Source: Salpingoeca rosetta (Eukaryota; Protista; Choanoflagellata). From it: a DNA stretch of 64,000 nucleotides. The stretch spans positions 136,116 through 200,115 of the forward strand of contig JAWQFM010000011.1 of assembly GCA_033442325.1 (NCBI GenBank), in the 5' to 3' direction. Shown piece by piece: positions 27,097 to 44,283 of this stretch (the stretch's first letter is position 1; every line of letters begins with the position of its first letter). Under the pieces are notes generated by a model. It saw nothing but the letters and a program-made list of their open reading frames with translations, was not told the origin of the DNA and did no database searches. A program made the position numbers and the translations under genes.

Positions 27097-27405
27097 TGCA
27101 CCACATTCTGTCCCTTTGTTGATAGATGAGGCATGGCTGCTGTTGCTGTTCATAGCGAGAGAGTATATGTACAAAGACGGTCATCACTACCACGGCACGA
27201 TAGACGCACCAAAGCACGCGCGAGGGAGGAGAGAAAGAGAAGAGGTGGGGGGTGTACTGCACATGGTGAGAGGAATAGTGGAAGAGAGACTTCAGCAGAG
27301 GTGATGGGCGATGGCTGAGGAAGGGCAGATGGCGGCGGTAGCGGTGATGGTCAGACAGGCCGTTGTAACTGGTGGCTGCGGTGACTGTAAGGTCATGTCA
27401 TGGTA

Positions 27406-27995
27406 CTACTTGAGCCAGAGCTTGAGTCGCCATGCACTGACGCCACTGAGGTAGTATCGTTCCAACAACTTGTCTCGCAGGAAGCCTAGGGACTCGTAGA
27501 TACGCAGCGCACCCAGGTTGCTCGTCTCTGCCTCGAGCACAATCTACGCAATGGACAGCCAGTGCGTGCGTGTGTATGTGTGTGTATGTGTATGCATGTG
27601 TATGTGTATGTGTGTGTGTGAGTTGGTTGAGCAGGGATTGGTAGCAGTCAGATGCAGTGGTCAGGTGTAGGTGATGCGAGGGAAGAGGAGGCATTGGCTG
27701 AGGATAATTCCCGACCTCGTCTGCGCCAGCCTCCTTCATTGCCTCCACGCTTGCCTTGACCAGCATGGTACCTGTCACGTACGCAAGTGAATCGTACATT
27801 AGATATTGGATGATGAGTGGTTCAGAGGCAAACACAAACAGCTGTCCATACTCATACATGCTCACGCTCTCTCACGCACTCAGTCACTCACACACACACT
27901 CACTCAGTCACTCACACACACACGCACTCAGTCACTCACACACACACTCACTCACACACACACACACACACACACACACGCGCGCGCACACACAC

Positions 27996-28056
<61 letters not shown>

Positions 28057-28469
28057 GATGCCCTTCTTGCGATGATCTTCGGACACTGCAAGCATGCCGA
28101 TGTACCCACGGAGCGGCCCACGCTTGTGCCGTGCCAATCTACAGATGACAGCACCGACAACCTCGCCCTCTACTACAGCCTGCGTGTGTGAATGTGGGCG
28201 GGTGCGTATGTGTCAGCGTTGCGTGCGTAGATGGGCGGGTTCACACCGAGCTGGTGAGCGCTGGCAGAGCTTGCAAGCAGTGTACGGGTGGATGGAGCCA
28301 GTGAACAAACAAAAGGACAGGGACTGACCACATGCGACAGCTTGCCCCAAGTGACGAGGAAGTAGCGGTATGTGTAGATGGAGTACGGCTCCGACAAGTG
28401 TGCTGCCATCAGCTTTTGGATGGCTGGCAGGTCGTTCTCATCCCTGTACGGCCGTATCTCCACAGACAT
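27406..28469 (-). CDS. NAA30: N-alpha-acetyltransferase 30 (NatC catalytic subunit, Mak3)
   Basis: [13 protein letters not shown]; [19 protein letters not shown]; [45 protein letters not shown]. Confidence 0.95.
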
Positions 28470-28704
28470 GGCGAGGGGTGTGCGGGAGCGTGAGTGACAG
28501 TGGAAGTGGAATAAGTGGGTTGTTGTTGTTGTCGTTGTCGTCTGTCAATGCGCATTTTTTCCGCTGCTGCTGCTGAGTCTTCCATTCCAAACGATTGTCA
28601 ACGTGCTCGCTCGCAGGCACACACACGCGTCGCTTCCACGAGCACAATCTCTTACCTCTCCACAGCTCTTGGCCTCTCACTCTTGCACGGGCTTGGGCAT
28701 CATC

Positions 28705-31842
<3,138 letters not shown>

Positions 31843-32117
31843 CTGAGACTGTGCACCTGTCTGTGCCTGTGTAAATACAAGCACAACATAACCACCTTTA
31901 GCATGAGTGAGAGAATGTGTGCGTCTATGTGTGTGTGTGTGTGTGCGTGTATGTGTGCGTGCGTGTGCGTGTGTGTGCATGTGATGAGAGAGAGAGAGAG
32001 ACAGAGAGCTGCTGGGAGGCTTCATCGCTTCGCCAAACACCAAACCAAACCAACAACAATTATTGCAGAATAAAAAATTGTGTACGGGTTTTATGTGTAT
32101 TTTTCACAACTGTCGGC

Positions 32118-33146
32118 ATGCAGGCACTGGTGGCGAGAACGAGGGGTGAGCGACGAAGACGAAGATGTGGAGTGTGTGTTGTGTATGTGTGTGTGGGGGG
32201 GGGGTTGTGGCCACGTTTGTTGTGGTTCGTTGTGGTGAAAGGAAGAGGAACCACAACACCCATTGTACGCGTGCGCGTTGTGTGTTGCGCATTTGTGTGT
32301 CGTTTGCTCGAGTGTGCGTTCACTTGTCGGTATGTGCTGTTCTCCTCTTCACTCATGCTATTGTTCTCACCATGTTCATCTCACCACCATTCATGTACAT
32401 CACCCAAAATGTCCAGTGCTAAGCGCGGCTCGCGTGCTGACCCAGCGACGCACTTGGTTTGGCTTTGGCCAGACACAAGAGTATGACACCAGCCCACCCA
32501 AGCCTTGGTTCGTTCATTCCTGACGTGTTGCTTTGGTCCTGCCGTACGTGTCCTCGTGTAGTGTCGTCAAGTGTGGTGTGCTTCTTCTGTGTCGGCGTGG
32601 TTTGTCTTGTTCTTCTTGTTCTTGTTCTTGTTCTTGTTCTTGCTTGTTCTTGTTTTGCTGTTGGCAGGCTGTGTCACCTGGCATGGTGGCATTACAAAGC
32701 ACAAATTGACAAAGCAATGTGACCTGTGGGCAGTAGTCAATGCACGTGCTGGCCTCAATCAATTCTCACCCCAACTCACGTGACCATCTTCCTGCTCCCT
32801 GCCTTTTGTTTCCCCGTTTCCTTTTTCCAACAGGTACCAACGCCATGCTCGGGATGACACGGACGAGTTTGACCGTTTCTCCACAGAAGAACGCAAGGAG
32901 CGCATTGCTCTGCGTCGGGAGGTACGCATTGCAGCGTTGGTGTTTGCGTTGTTTAAGTTGTTGTTGTTGTTGTGTCAGTGGTAGTGGTGGTGGTGTTCGT
33001 GTGCTGTCGTTTGTCGGTTGAAAGTGTTGGTGGTGGTGGTAGCGACCGGTGAGCATGGGCTTGCGTAGGTACTCGTCCTATGCAACTGAACCCGGCTTGA
33101 ACCGCTGCTTTTGCCCTTGCCCAAACAACCCATCCTGCGCTTTCTT

Positions 33147-33191
<45 letters not shown>

Positions 33192-33646
33192 CACACACAC
33201 ACACACACACACAACAACACACAAACACACACACACACACACACCATCGTGTGCAGATGATGGACCTGCAGGAGGACGGTGCTGACAGCACCAACTTGGA
33301 GGCGTACGCAGCAAAGGTTGCCGACCTCTGCATCAAGTACAACGACAGGTAAAGATGCGTTGCCATACTGGTGATGTAGATTGCATAGACCACCGCCCAT
33401 TGCTTCTACTCTGCTGCTTGCATGAGACAGTGACCACCTTGCCCTCGTTGCCTCACTCGTTGCCTCACTCCCTCTCTCGCGTTTTTCTTCCTCGCTCCCC
33501 TCCATCCAAAACACTCTCCTTTGCCCCTCCCTTGTTGTTGCAGGTTGGGTGCTGCGGCGTTGGTTGACAACAGCGACTTTGTGCAGTTGCCCGAGGTGAA
33601 CAAGGCTGCCCTTGAGGAGTTCCTGGAGAAGACCAAGTTCGACTAA
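32118..33646 (+). CDS. Small (about 135 aa) uncharacterised protein with a probable mitochondrial presequence, 5 exons
   Basis: Exons at about 32118-32145, 32417-32507, 32834-32921, 33257-33348 and 33544-33646 join in compatible phases with GT-AG introns. Product: MQALVARTRVLSAARVLTQRRTWFGFGQTQEYDTSPPKPWYQRHARDD...EEFLEKTKFD*. Last exons are strongly C/G-ending codon biased. Confidence 0.7.
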
Positions 33647-34251
33647 CCAGCCTTGCTTGCCAAGAAACTACTTTGGCTCTTTGCGTGCGTGTGTGTGTGT
33701 GTGTGTGTGTGTGTTTGGAGGGCTGTGTTGGGTTTCAGTGTTTGGTGATGCGAGGTCGGCCGTCGTTGTGTGCGTGTGTGGTTGTGATGGTGTGGAGATC
33801 AGGCTGATGGGGCGAGAGTGATGATGATGATGATGATGATGAAGATGGACGGTGAGGGATGTGTTGATTGACATGGAATGATGTGGCTCGTGATGTGGCT
33901 CGCTCGCCTCCCCTCGCTCGCGGGCTTGCTTTGGGAACATGATAAACAGTAGCGTAATGCCGATTTGATGCGAATTTATGTCGACCCACAATTCAAAAAT
34001 TGTGCCGGAGAACGCGCGCCGCCCTTTCAATTTAACCATCATCATCCAACCACTTGCCACACAGACACTTCTTGACCAGTCGGTCAACCCACCAACCAAC
34101 CACGCAAAGCAAGCCAGCAAGCAAGGGGGTGAGTGTTGTGACTTGATGGCCTCTTGGTCCGTTGAATTTGATTGCCTGTTTGTGTTTGTTGATCGGCCTT
34201 TGGCCGTGGTTGATTCGATTCCCTTGTTGTGTGTTCTTTGACCGCTGTTGT

Positions 34252-34357
<106 letters not shown>

Positions 34358-34492
34358 TTTTGTCGAATCACCCCACATACACGAACTCACACATGCGCAT
34401 ACAAATACACATACCACATGCACACTCACACCACACACCACACACACCACACACACCACACAAATGCACACACCACCCAAGCACACAAGACA

Positions 34493-35652
34493 ATGTCGGA
34501 CCAGCCACATGATGGACATGAGCAGCAACAAGAGGGGCGGCCTGGTGGTCGACCGCGTCCCACGCTGCCGACCTTCTCGTCACCGCCAAGACGGACAACA
34601 GCTGCTGCAACAGCACAGCAGATGCCCACAGCAGCACCCATCTACTTGCCACCATCGTCAACCTCTGCAGTGCCAGTGTCATCACCGCCATCATCATCAA
34701 TTGCAGGCGCAGAAGGAACAGCCACAACAGCAGTGGCGGCGGCGACGAGGGCAAGGCTGTCCATGATGGACAGTGCCGTCCCTTACGGCGCCTATCAACA
34801 GCAGCACCAGCAGCACCAGCAGCAACAGCATCCTGCAGATGAGATGAGCCGTGCAGACCTCGCTGCAATGATGTATGCTGCCTCTTCATCTGCGCCATCA
34901 TCGTCGTCCTCCGTGCTCGCTGGTGGTGCGGTGAACGTCGGCGGCTCCTCCCAACTGCCAGTCTTGTACCCAGGCATGCAATCACAGCACCCCCAGTACA
35001 ACCAGCGCATGCAAGCAGATGGCACCGCTGTGTCGCAGCCAACAGCTGCGGATATGCAAGCAGCCTTGCTGACAGCGCTGTCAGGAGGCCAGGCCACGTC
35101 CGTCCCATCTTCCGTGCCGCCGCAGCCCCAACTTGAACAACACGGCGGCGTCACCAGCATCCCTGCCGCCACTGCAGACAGCTATACTACGGCCATCAGC
35201 CTCGCCAGCCCAACGCGGCTGCAACAGAACATGCTTGCGCAGCAGACGTCGCCAGCCACATCTGGCCACACCGTCTACCTGCAGAGCCCAGGTGGCTGTT
35301 GTGAGCGCTGGAGCGGGTGTTGTTGCTGTTGGATGCTGTCGCTTGTTGGCGCTAGTGCGCGGACTGTGGTTGTGTATTCATGAACCAGGATTGGTCACCT
35401 CACACAGATGCACAGCAACATCAACACCAACACTTGCCGCTTGCTGCCGTTGCCTCACGCGCTGCACCATACACCATTGCATAATCTTCAGGCACATCTA
35501 CATACGTCACAAGCCCGCAATCACGTGCTGCTGCTGCTGCTGTGCACACGCCAAACTCCTCCAGCCCTTCGTCCGTGAGTGTCCACTCTGCATGTATGTG
35601 TGTGTGGGGGGGGGCGAGGTTTATTTTCCCGCACTTGGCTTCGCTTTGCTCA

Positions 35653-35749
<97 letters not shown>

Positions 35750-36478
35750 AAAACTCACACACACACGCCTGCTCTCTTCTGCCAGCAACATCTGCTGTTT
35801 CAACAGGTGATGCATAACGGCATGAGAAGGGCTTGCCTGAGCCAGCTGTATAAGCCCGCACAGCCTGCACAGTCTTCGCCACCACCGTCATCGACACAAC
35901 AGCAGCAGCAACAACAACAACAGGTGCAGCAACAACAGCAGCCGCAACAACAACAGCAGCAGCAGCAGCAGCCACAGATGCCGCAGCAACAACAGCAGAT
36001 ACCGCAACCCTACTCTGGTACAGCCAGCATGCAGTGGCGATGAAGGCCGTCATCATTGATTGTGCTATCATGTGCACGTGCGTGGTGTGTCATTGTTGTT
36101 GTGATCAGACACAATCGTGTGTTAGCTTGTTCACACACACACACACATCTCATCCATCATGTTGGGCTGTGTGCTGCTTCTTGCCTGCAGGCAATGGAAC
36201 TCCACGGGCAAAGCGTGCGCTGCTGTCCGATCAAACCAGGTGAGGATGAATCACAATAATGCACACACGTGTGCACACACACACACACATCTCGTTACTG
36301 CTTTGTGTTTCCTGTTTGCTTCTCCATGACTACCACCATGACTACCACCACCATCTTCATTATCATCACCATTATCACCATTACGCACCAGTGCCACTGC
36401 GAGTCCCACCACTGCCGGCGTCACGCCCGTCGGCCGCCCTCCACTGCGCTCGGTACGTTTCGTGTGTGGCTGGCTGGC

Positions 36479-36509
<31 letters not shown>

Positions 36510-36810
36510 GTCTGTCTGTGTCTGTCTGTGTCTGTGTGTGTGTGTCTGTCTGTCTGCTCCCTGTCTATCCCTTTCCGTCAATCTCTCTGTCTGCCCACGT
36601 GTCCGTGTTGGAGCCCTTCCTGTGCTTTGCCATCACACCGTGCCTAAACCTCACCACCGCCCATCCCCCCGCCCACTCCCTCGCTCTCATCCTTGATTCA
36701 CCAGTGTAACTGTGGCAAGTCGCGGTGCTTGAAGCTGTACTGCGAGTGCTACGCCGCCGGCACGTACTGCGGTCCCCAATGCAAGTGCACCAACTGCCAG
36801 AACAACCTCG

Positions 36811-36905
<95 letters not shown>

Positions 36906-38004
36906 TGTATGTGTGTGTATGTGTGTGTGTGCGTGCGTGTGCGTGCGTGTGTGCGTGCGCGTGTGTGTCTCTGTATGTCTGTGTGTGTGTCTGTGTGTAC
37001 CCTGTGTCTTCCTTCATCTGTCTGTACGTTGTCTTCCTTTATCTCTCTGCGTGCTTGCATGTCAATCACGCCCGAACTGACAACACGCATCCATCAATTC
37101 CGCCCCCACCCCCACACCACATCCACATGTTTGCTGCGCGGGGTGAATTGATTTCGCCCATCAGAACGAGGGTCGACGACAGCTTGCGGTGCTGTCGACT
37201 CTCGACAAGAACCCAGACGCCTTCCGCCCAAAGATTAAGCAGGAGGTGGGCTCTGCTGGCTTCGCTGTATGCTGCGATTGTTGTACCACACCGCCATGTG
37301 CCCACCTGAACCTGCACATGCACGCGTGAACACACATCCGAATTCTCGAGCAGTCGAACAGGAAAACAGTCAAACAGTCAAACACACACGATGCATGTGC
37401 ACGCTAACCTGACGCGTCCCCCGCTTTGCCTCAGACCACGACGAACCGGAAAGCAAACCACCTCCGCGGGTGCAAGTGCACAAAGTCCAAGTGTCTGCAG
37501 CGCTATTGCGAGTGCTTTCAGGCCGGTGTGCCCTGCACCAACAACTGCAAGTGCAAGAACTGCTGCAATCGTCCAAACAGCGACGCTTTCCAGCTCGCAC
37601 AGTCCCAGCGCGCCTCTGCAGGTGTGTTCCCTCGTACTTTTGAGATGTGTGTGTGTGTGTGTGTTTGTGTGTGTGTGTGGGGGGGGATTGGGTGGGTGTG
37701 CGCATGCGTGCCTGTCTATCTTTCTGTCTGCATCAGGAAACTCTCCATCCCCTTGCCCCACTCCATGTCTCACTTCCCCTTTACCACCCTCTCCATCGCG
37801 CTGTGACCCATGCCACTGCTACGATCAGACTCTGCGCAGCGGCTTGGCGACACGACTGCGGTCTCCACGCGCGGCAGTCAGGCCCTACACGCCTTTTCCC
37901 AGCAGCGCTTCTCCGAGATTTGCCAGGACCTCATCCACGTCGCAGAGGTGTGTGTGTTTTTTTTTTTTTTTTTGGGGGGGGGGATGTGTGTGTGTGTGTG
38001 TGTT

Positions 38005-38089
<85 letters not shown>

Positions 38090-38300
38090 GTGTGAGTGTG
38101 AGTGAGTGTGTGTGTGTCCGTGTGTCTGTGCGTCTGTGCGTCTGTGTGTATGGGTCTGTTTCTGTTCGTCTGCGTCTGTTCATCTGTCACATACTTTTCG
38201 CCTTCTCACTTGCGTCTGCGCGTGTGTTCAGGAATCGTCGGATCCGCAACGCGCCGTTCTATCGTGAGCGCACGCACACATGACAACACGCCATGCTGTC
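34493..38300 (+). CDS. LIN54: LIN54/tesmin-family CXC (CRC) domain protein (MuvB/DREAM DNA-binding subunit); 3' end uncertain, may run into the gap
   Basis: Q/S/P-rich N-terminus. CXC1 [33 protein letters not shown], linker [14 protein letters not shown]2 [37 protein letters not shown]. Confidence 0.85.
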
Positions 38301-38365
38301 TTCCTTGCGACTTCCACACGCCGTGTCCCCGCTTCGCTGCTGTCCTCCTTCTCACGCGTTGGCCC

Positions 38366-38455
<90 letters not shown>

Positions 38456-38478
38456 TACGTACGTACGTACGTCGTCGT

Positions 38479-39324
38479 NNNNNNNNNNNNNNNNNNNNNN
38501 NNNNNNNNNNNNNNNNNNNNNNNNNNNNNNNNNNNNNNNNNNNNNNNNNNNNNNNNNNNNNNNNNNNNNNNNNNNNNNNNNNNNNNNNNNNNNNNNNNNN
38601 NNNNNNNNNNNNNNNNNNNNNNNNNNNNNNNNNNNNNNNNNNNNNNNNNNNNNNNNNNNNNNNNNNNNNNNNNNNNNNNNNNNNNNNNNNNNNNNNNNNN
38701 NNNNNNNNNNNNNNNNNNNNNNNNNNNNNNNNNNNNNNNNNNNNNNNNNNNNNNNNNNNNNNNNNNNNNNNNNNNNNNNNNNNNNNNNNNNNNNNNNNNN
38801 NNNNNNNNNNNNNNNNNNNNNNNNNNNNNNNNNNNNNNNNNNNNNNNNNNNNNNNNNNNNNNNNNNNNNNNNNNNNNNNNNNNNNNNNNNNNNNNNNNNN
38901 NNNNNNNNNNNNNNNNNNNNNNNNNNNNNNNNNNNNNNNNNNNNNNNNNNNNNNNNNNNNNNNNNNNNNNNNNNNNNNNNNNNNNNNNNNNNNNNNNNNN
39001 NNNNNNNNNNNNNNNNNNNNNNNNNNNNNNNNNNNNNNNNNNNNNNNNNNNNNNNNNNNNNNNNNNNNNNNNNNNNNNNNNNNNNNNNNNNNNNNNNNNN
39101 NNNNNNNNNNNNNNNNNNNNNNNNNNNNNNNNNNNNNNNNNNNNNNNNNNNNNNNNNNNNNNNNNNNNNNNNNNNNNNNNNNNNNNNNNNNNNNNNNNNN
39201 NNNNNNNNNNNNNNNNNNNNNNNNNNNNNNNNNNNNNNNNNNNNNNNNNNNNNNNNNNNNNNNNNNNNNNNNNNNNNNNNNNNNNNNNNNNNNNNNNNNN
39301 NNNNNNNNNNNNNNNNNNNNNNNN
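38479..39324. other. Assembly gap (N run)
   Basis: Run of n. Confidence 1.
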
Positions 39325-39359
39325 CCGTCGTGTCGCTCTTTAGCAATCCCTGTTGAGCA

Positions 39360-39570
39360 TGTTGTGTTGTGTTGTGTTGTGTTGTGTTGTGTTGTGTTGT
39401 GTTGTGTTGTGTTGTGTTGTGTTGTGTTGTGTTGTGTTGTGTTGTGTTGTGTTGTGTTGTGTTGTGTTGTGTTGTGTTGTGTTGTGTTGTGTTGTGTTGT
39501 GTTGTGTTGTGTTGTGTTGTGTTGTGTTGTGTTGTGTTGTGTTGTGTTGTGTTGTGTTGTGTTGTGTTGT
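39360..39570. repeat. (GTTGT)n pentanucleotide microsatellite
   Basis: About 40 perfect copies of gttgt. Confidence 0.95.
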
Positions 39571-39689
39571 GTGCGTGCGCGTGTGTGTGTGTATGTGTGC
39601 GTGCGTGTGTGTGCGTGCGTGCGTGCGTGCGTGCGTGTATGTGTGTGTGTGTTTGACTGTACCAGCAAGGCATGCCAGCAAACACAAAA

Positions 39690-39898
39690 CTCAAGGGGAA
39701 ACGTGGCAGCCGACACAGTCATATGCAACGCCAACGCGGTGACGAACCAGATGTGGAGTGTTGATCCGCACAGCACGTAAAATACGGCAGCACGCGCGTT
39801 TGACCAGAAAATTGAATTTGGCGGCGCCTCCACAGACCAGCGCCGCATCGGCAGGCCTAAAGTCGGGGTTGGTTGGCGTGGGGGTGAGGGGGTAGATA

Positions 39899-39965
<67 letters not shown>

Positions 39966-40989
39966 TATGACAGCGCTTGCTCGTGTTGACGCTGCCATTT
40001 GCATTCACTGCACCTGATCGCAGTTTGTGAATGCACACGTATCCGGAATCAAACGCCTGTTGGGATCAACGAGAATGGGTAAAAGTGAGCAACAGTGAGC
40101 AGCAGTGAGCAGCAGCAGTGAGCAGTGAGAGTCAAGTCGAACACAGCAACTGTTTGCGAGTACAACCCACGAGCAACGTGTCGCTGTGCATTCTTACGGA
40201 GAGGAGGTGGTCGTTGTCTGCTGGCGAGATGGCGAGATCCGTGCATGTGCCCGGGAGTGACGCTGAAACAGCACATTGACATCGATTGTGGTTGTGGTGG
40301 GGTGCCATGACAGGCAGAAGTGAATGCGTGAAAGGGCGACGCAATAGGCTCTGCAAACTGTGAATGGGTGGCCAATTGAATGATGGTGTGGATGGTGTGA
40401 TGGTGTGGATGGTGCGCGTCACACCTCCAAGTTGCAGTCTGCGCGGCGCGGGTTTGCGGCCGTGGCGGGTGCAGTGTACGATGCATGCCTGATGGTGCCA
40501 ATATGCGATCGCAGTTGCGCTGTGAGGGAGTGACAGAAACGCAAGTGCGCTACCAGGAGGAAGCGCACACGAATACACATGCACACATGCGCACGCAATA
40601 CGCACGCACACGCGAAACACGCACGCTGTTTGTTCCGACGAAGAGGTGTCCCGGTTTGAGCGGATGAACAACGAGACACGTGGCAACGAGATCATCATGC
40701 TCCTGGTGTTTCGTGGTGATTGGTGGTGGTGAGAAGTGACGTTACAAAGTGCAGAACGAAAAGTAGTGATACAAAAAGCACATGTGCACGTGTTGTTCCT
40801 TGCATACGTACGTTAAATGCGTCGAGGACTGCGCTTTTGTTCATCTTCACAGATGCACCGGGGCGGAGGCCTTGGAGTGGTTCATGGTGATGGTGGTGGT
40901 GGTGGTGGTGATGGTGGTGTGGTGGTGGTGTGGTGGCGACGTGAGCCAAACAACAGCTGCAACAATACGAGGCAACGACACCCGTTTAC

Positions 40990-41081
<92 letters not shown>

Positions 41082-41691
41082 CTCGCATGAGCCGCATCGG
41101 CCGTGTTGCTGCGCACCAAGGTCGTCGAGCGATCCCGAGTTTGACGGATTTGAGACGAGCGCCGATGTCCACGTGATAATGCGACCGGCTGTAACAATGA
41201 ATCAGAGGGGCGGCGTTTTGTTGGGGTGGTGTCGCATGTGGTGGTGGTAGTGGTGGTGGTGGTGGTTATGGTGTGTGATGTGTGAGGAGAAGGGTGTGAC
41301 GCGGGGCATGGTGGGTACAGGAGGTGCGGCCAACCAACGGGCACAAAAACTTCACATATACACACACGAGTATACGCAGGCGCAGACATATACGCTCTCT
41401 CAGAACGCCGCATGTGCACTCACAAGAGTCGGCAGTGACGACTTGCATTGCGCCCGTGCCTGTTGCAGATGCAATTGGAAGGACAGCGATTACACTGTCC
41501 TCGTGCACGGGTCCATCAGACGCTCCATCCGACGTAAACGCAGGCAGAAACAGCGGCTGCGTTGCATCCGTAGACACTTGCGCGTTTGTGTCCGTCAAAT
41601 CCCACACAACCACGCCACTGCACATGTGTGTGTGTATGAGTGTGTGAGTAAATGTGTGTGAGAGAGAGTACATGAGCGTGCGTGCGTGCGT

Positions 41692-41771
<80 letters not shown>

Positions 41772-42485
41772 TGGTGGTGTGTGTGTGTAGTANNNNNNNN
41801 NNNNNNNNNNNNNNNNNNNNNNNNNNNNNNNNNNNNNNNNNNNNNNNNNNNNNNNNNNNNNNNNNNNNNNNNNNNNNNNNNNNNNNNNNNNNNNNNNNNN
41901 NNNNNNNNNNNNNNNNNNNNNNNNNNNNNNNNNNNNNNNNNNNNNNNNNNNNNNNNNNNNNNNNNNNNNNNNNNNNNNNNNNNNNNNNNNNNNNNNNNNN
42001 NNNNNNNNNNNNNNNNNNNNNNNNNNNNNNNNNNNNNNNNNNNNNNNNNNNNNNNNNNNNNNNNNNNNNNNNNNNNNNNNNNNNNNNNNNNNNNNNNNNN
42101 NNNNNNNNNNNNNNNNNNNNNNNNNNNNNNNNNNNNNNNNNNNNNNNNNNNNNNNNNNNNNNNNNNNNNNNNNNNNNNNNNNNNNNNNNNNNNNNNNNNN
42201 NNNNNNNNNNNNNNNNNNNNNNNNNNNNNNNNNNNNNNNNNNNNNNNNNNNNNNNNNNNNNNNNNNNNNNNNGGAAACGCTGGCAGCCGACTCAGTAATA
42301 TGCAACGCCAACGCGGTGACGAGCCAGATGTGGAGTGTCGATCCCCTCAGCACGTATAAGCCGGCAGCCCGCGCGATCGACCAGAATAATGAATTGGCGG
42401 CTCCCTCCACACACCAGCGCATCTTCGGCAGGTATCCCATTCTTCACACGCCCTATACCCCCCTCAAGGCACCAACCTGGGCCAT

Positions 42486-42561
<76 letters not shown>

Positions 42562-42830
42562 CGTGTGTGTGTAACTACAGCAACACCGACAAATTCCACC
42601 ACACCAACAAATACAACAGCATCAACAATTACAATCACATGTAAGCGACAAACCCGTGCTGTGTTCCTGCGACGAGCAAGTTTCCGTCGTGCCCGGCAAA
42701 GCAGCAGGACGTGGGCTGGCCCTCGCACGCTAACGGGATGAAAAAGAGGGGAATTGAGTGAACGAGAGAACGGTGCAATGTGGGCGAACAATGATACGAG
42801 AAGACACTGAGAGCCAACACACACACACAC

Positions 42831-42867
<37 letters not shown>

Positions 42868-44211
42868 GAGGACGCGTCGTGGAGCGGAGGGTGACGCGAC
42901 GTCCCAGAGAGCGACGAGACCAAGTGAATACATGCGCGTGGCGGGACCGCCGCTGCAGATGGTGGTCATCGATGGTGGTCGTTGATCGTGGTTGATGGTT
43001 CGAAGTAGTGTGTGAGAAGAGAGATGACGGCATACTTTGAGTCCAATCACAAACACGCGCACCGCACTGCACACACACACACACACACCGTTTGATGGGC
43101 GCGGGACTGTAGACGGTGGCAAGCATTTGCGGATTCGATGCACTGCTAACGGCGCTGGTGACGTGTCGCCCTGTTGTTGAAACGGAAGCATTCACATCAG
43201 CACATGGCAAGGGGCTCGCAATGTTGATACGACTGAAACGATCACGCCTGCAGAGAGCGTCACAAGTAATGGCACGCCTGCAGAGAGCGTCACAAGTAAT
43301 GGCACGCCTGCAGAGAGCGTCACAAGTATTGGCACGCCTGCAGAGAGCGTCACAAGTATTGGCACGCCTGCAGAGAGCGTCACAAGTATTGGCACGCCTG
43401 CAGAGAGCGTCACAAGTAATGGCACGCCTGCAGAGAGCGTCACAAGTATTGGCACGCCTGCAGAGAGCGTCACAAGTAATGGCACGCCGCTCATACACAC
43501 ACACACAATCACATACACACACGCGTTCGTGCACGGCACCTGCGAAGATGGGGGCAGCAGCAGCCATGTGTGTTGAGGAGGAGGAGAGGCCCGACACGCT
43601 GGTTGCATCGGCGCCATCGCCCTGCTCCAGCCGGCGAATCGCCGCTTCCTCGTCCAGCACAGCCGCGCACAGGCGTCCCATGCGCAGCACAAACGACTCT
43701 GGCAGTTGTAGGTGGTGGCGGCGTGCATGTGAGAGTGGACAACAGGAATGAGCAGGGAGAGGCAACGGCGCTTCGCGCGTGCAGAAACAAAACAAAGACA
43801 CACGAACACGCGCACAAAAGCACAAACACGGAACACGCACAAAAGTTCAAGCACACACACACACACGTACACACACGCACACACGCACACATACATACAC
43901 ACGCACACGCACACGCACACATACACACACGCCAGGCGCGCACCGTATTCTGAAGTTGTTGTTTCGCGTTTGAGGGCGTGTTTGCTCTCTTGTTGCTCTT
44001 CCTTTGTGAGCGGACGGCCAAACCCCTTCAAATCGCTCGGTGGATATTGGGTCCAGCACTCCTGCGTTTCCACTTCTTCCGTCTGCACGCCCTGGTCACC
44101 ACTGCACACGCGCGCGCGCACAATCGAGTTGAACGCGGCGCGTGAATGGTGGGAACAAGCGGTAAAATGAGGTGGAGAACAGCTCAACTCCGAGGAAATT
44201 ACCGCGACGGT

Positions 44212-44283
<72 letters not shown>

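Noticed and set aside
39360-39570. (GTTGT)n as a possible telomeric or centromeric repeat
   Set aside because: Not TTAGGG-like, short and internal. An ordinary microsatellite.
43116-43751. ORFs with 10-aa repeats (RLQRASQV[ML]A / RRA[IN]TCDALC), or a CRISPR-like array
   Set aside because: These are translations of the 30-bp intronic minisatellite. There are no unique spacers and the context is eukaryotic.
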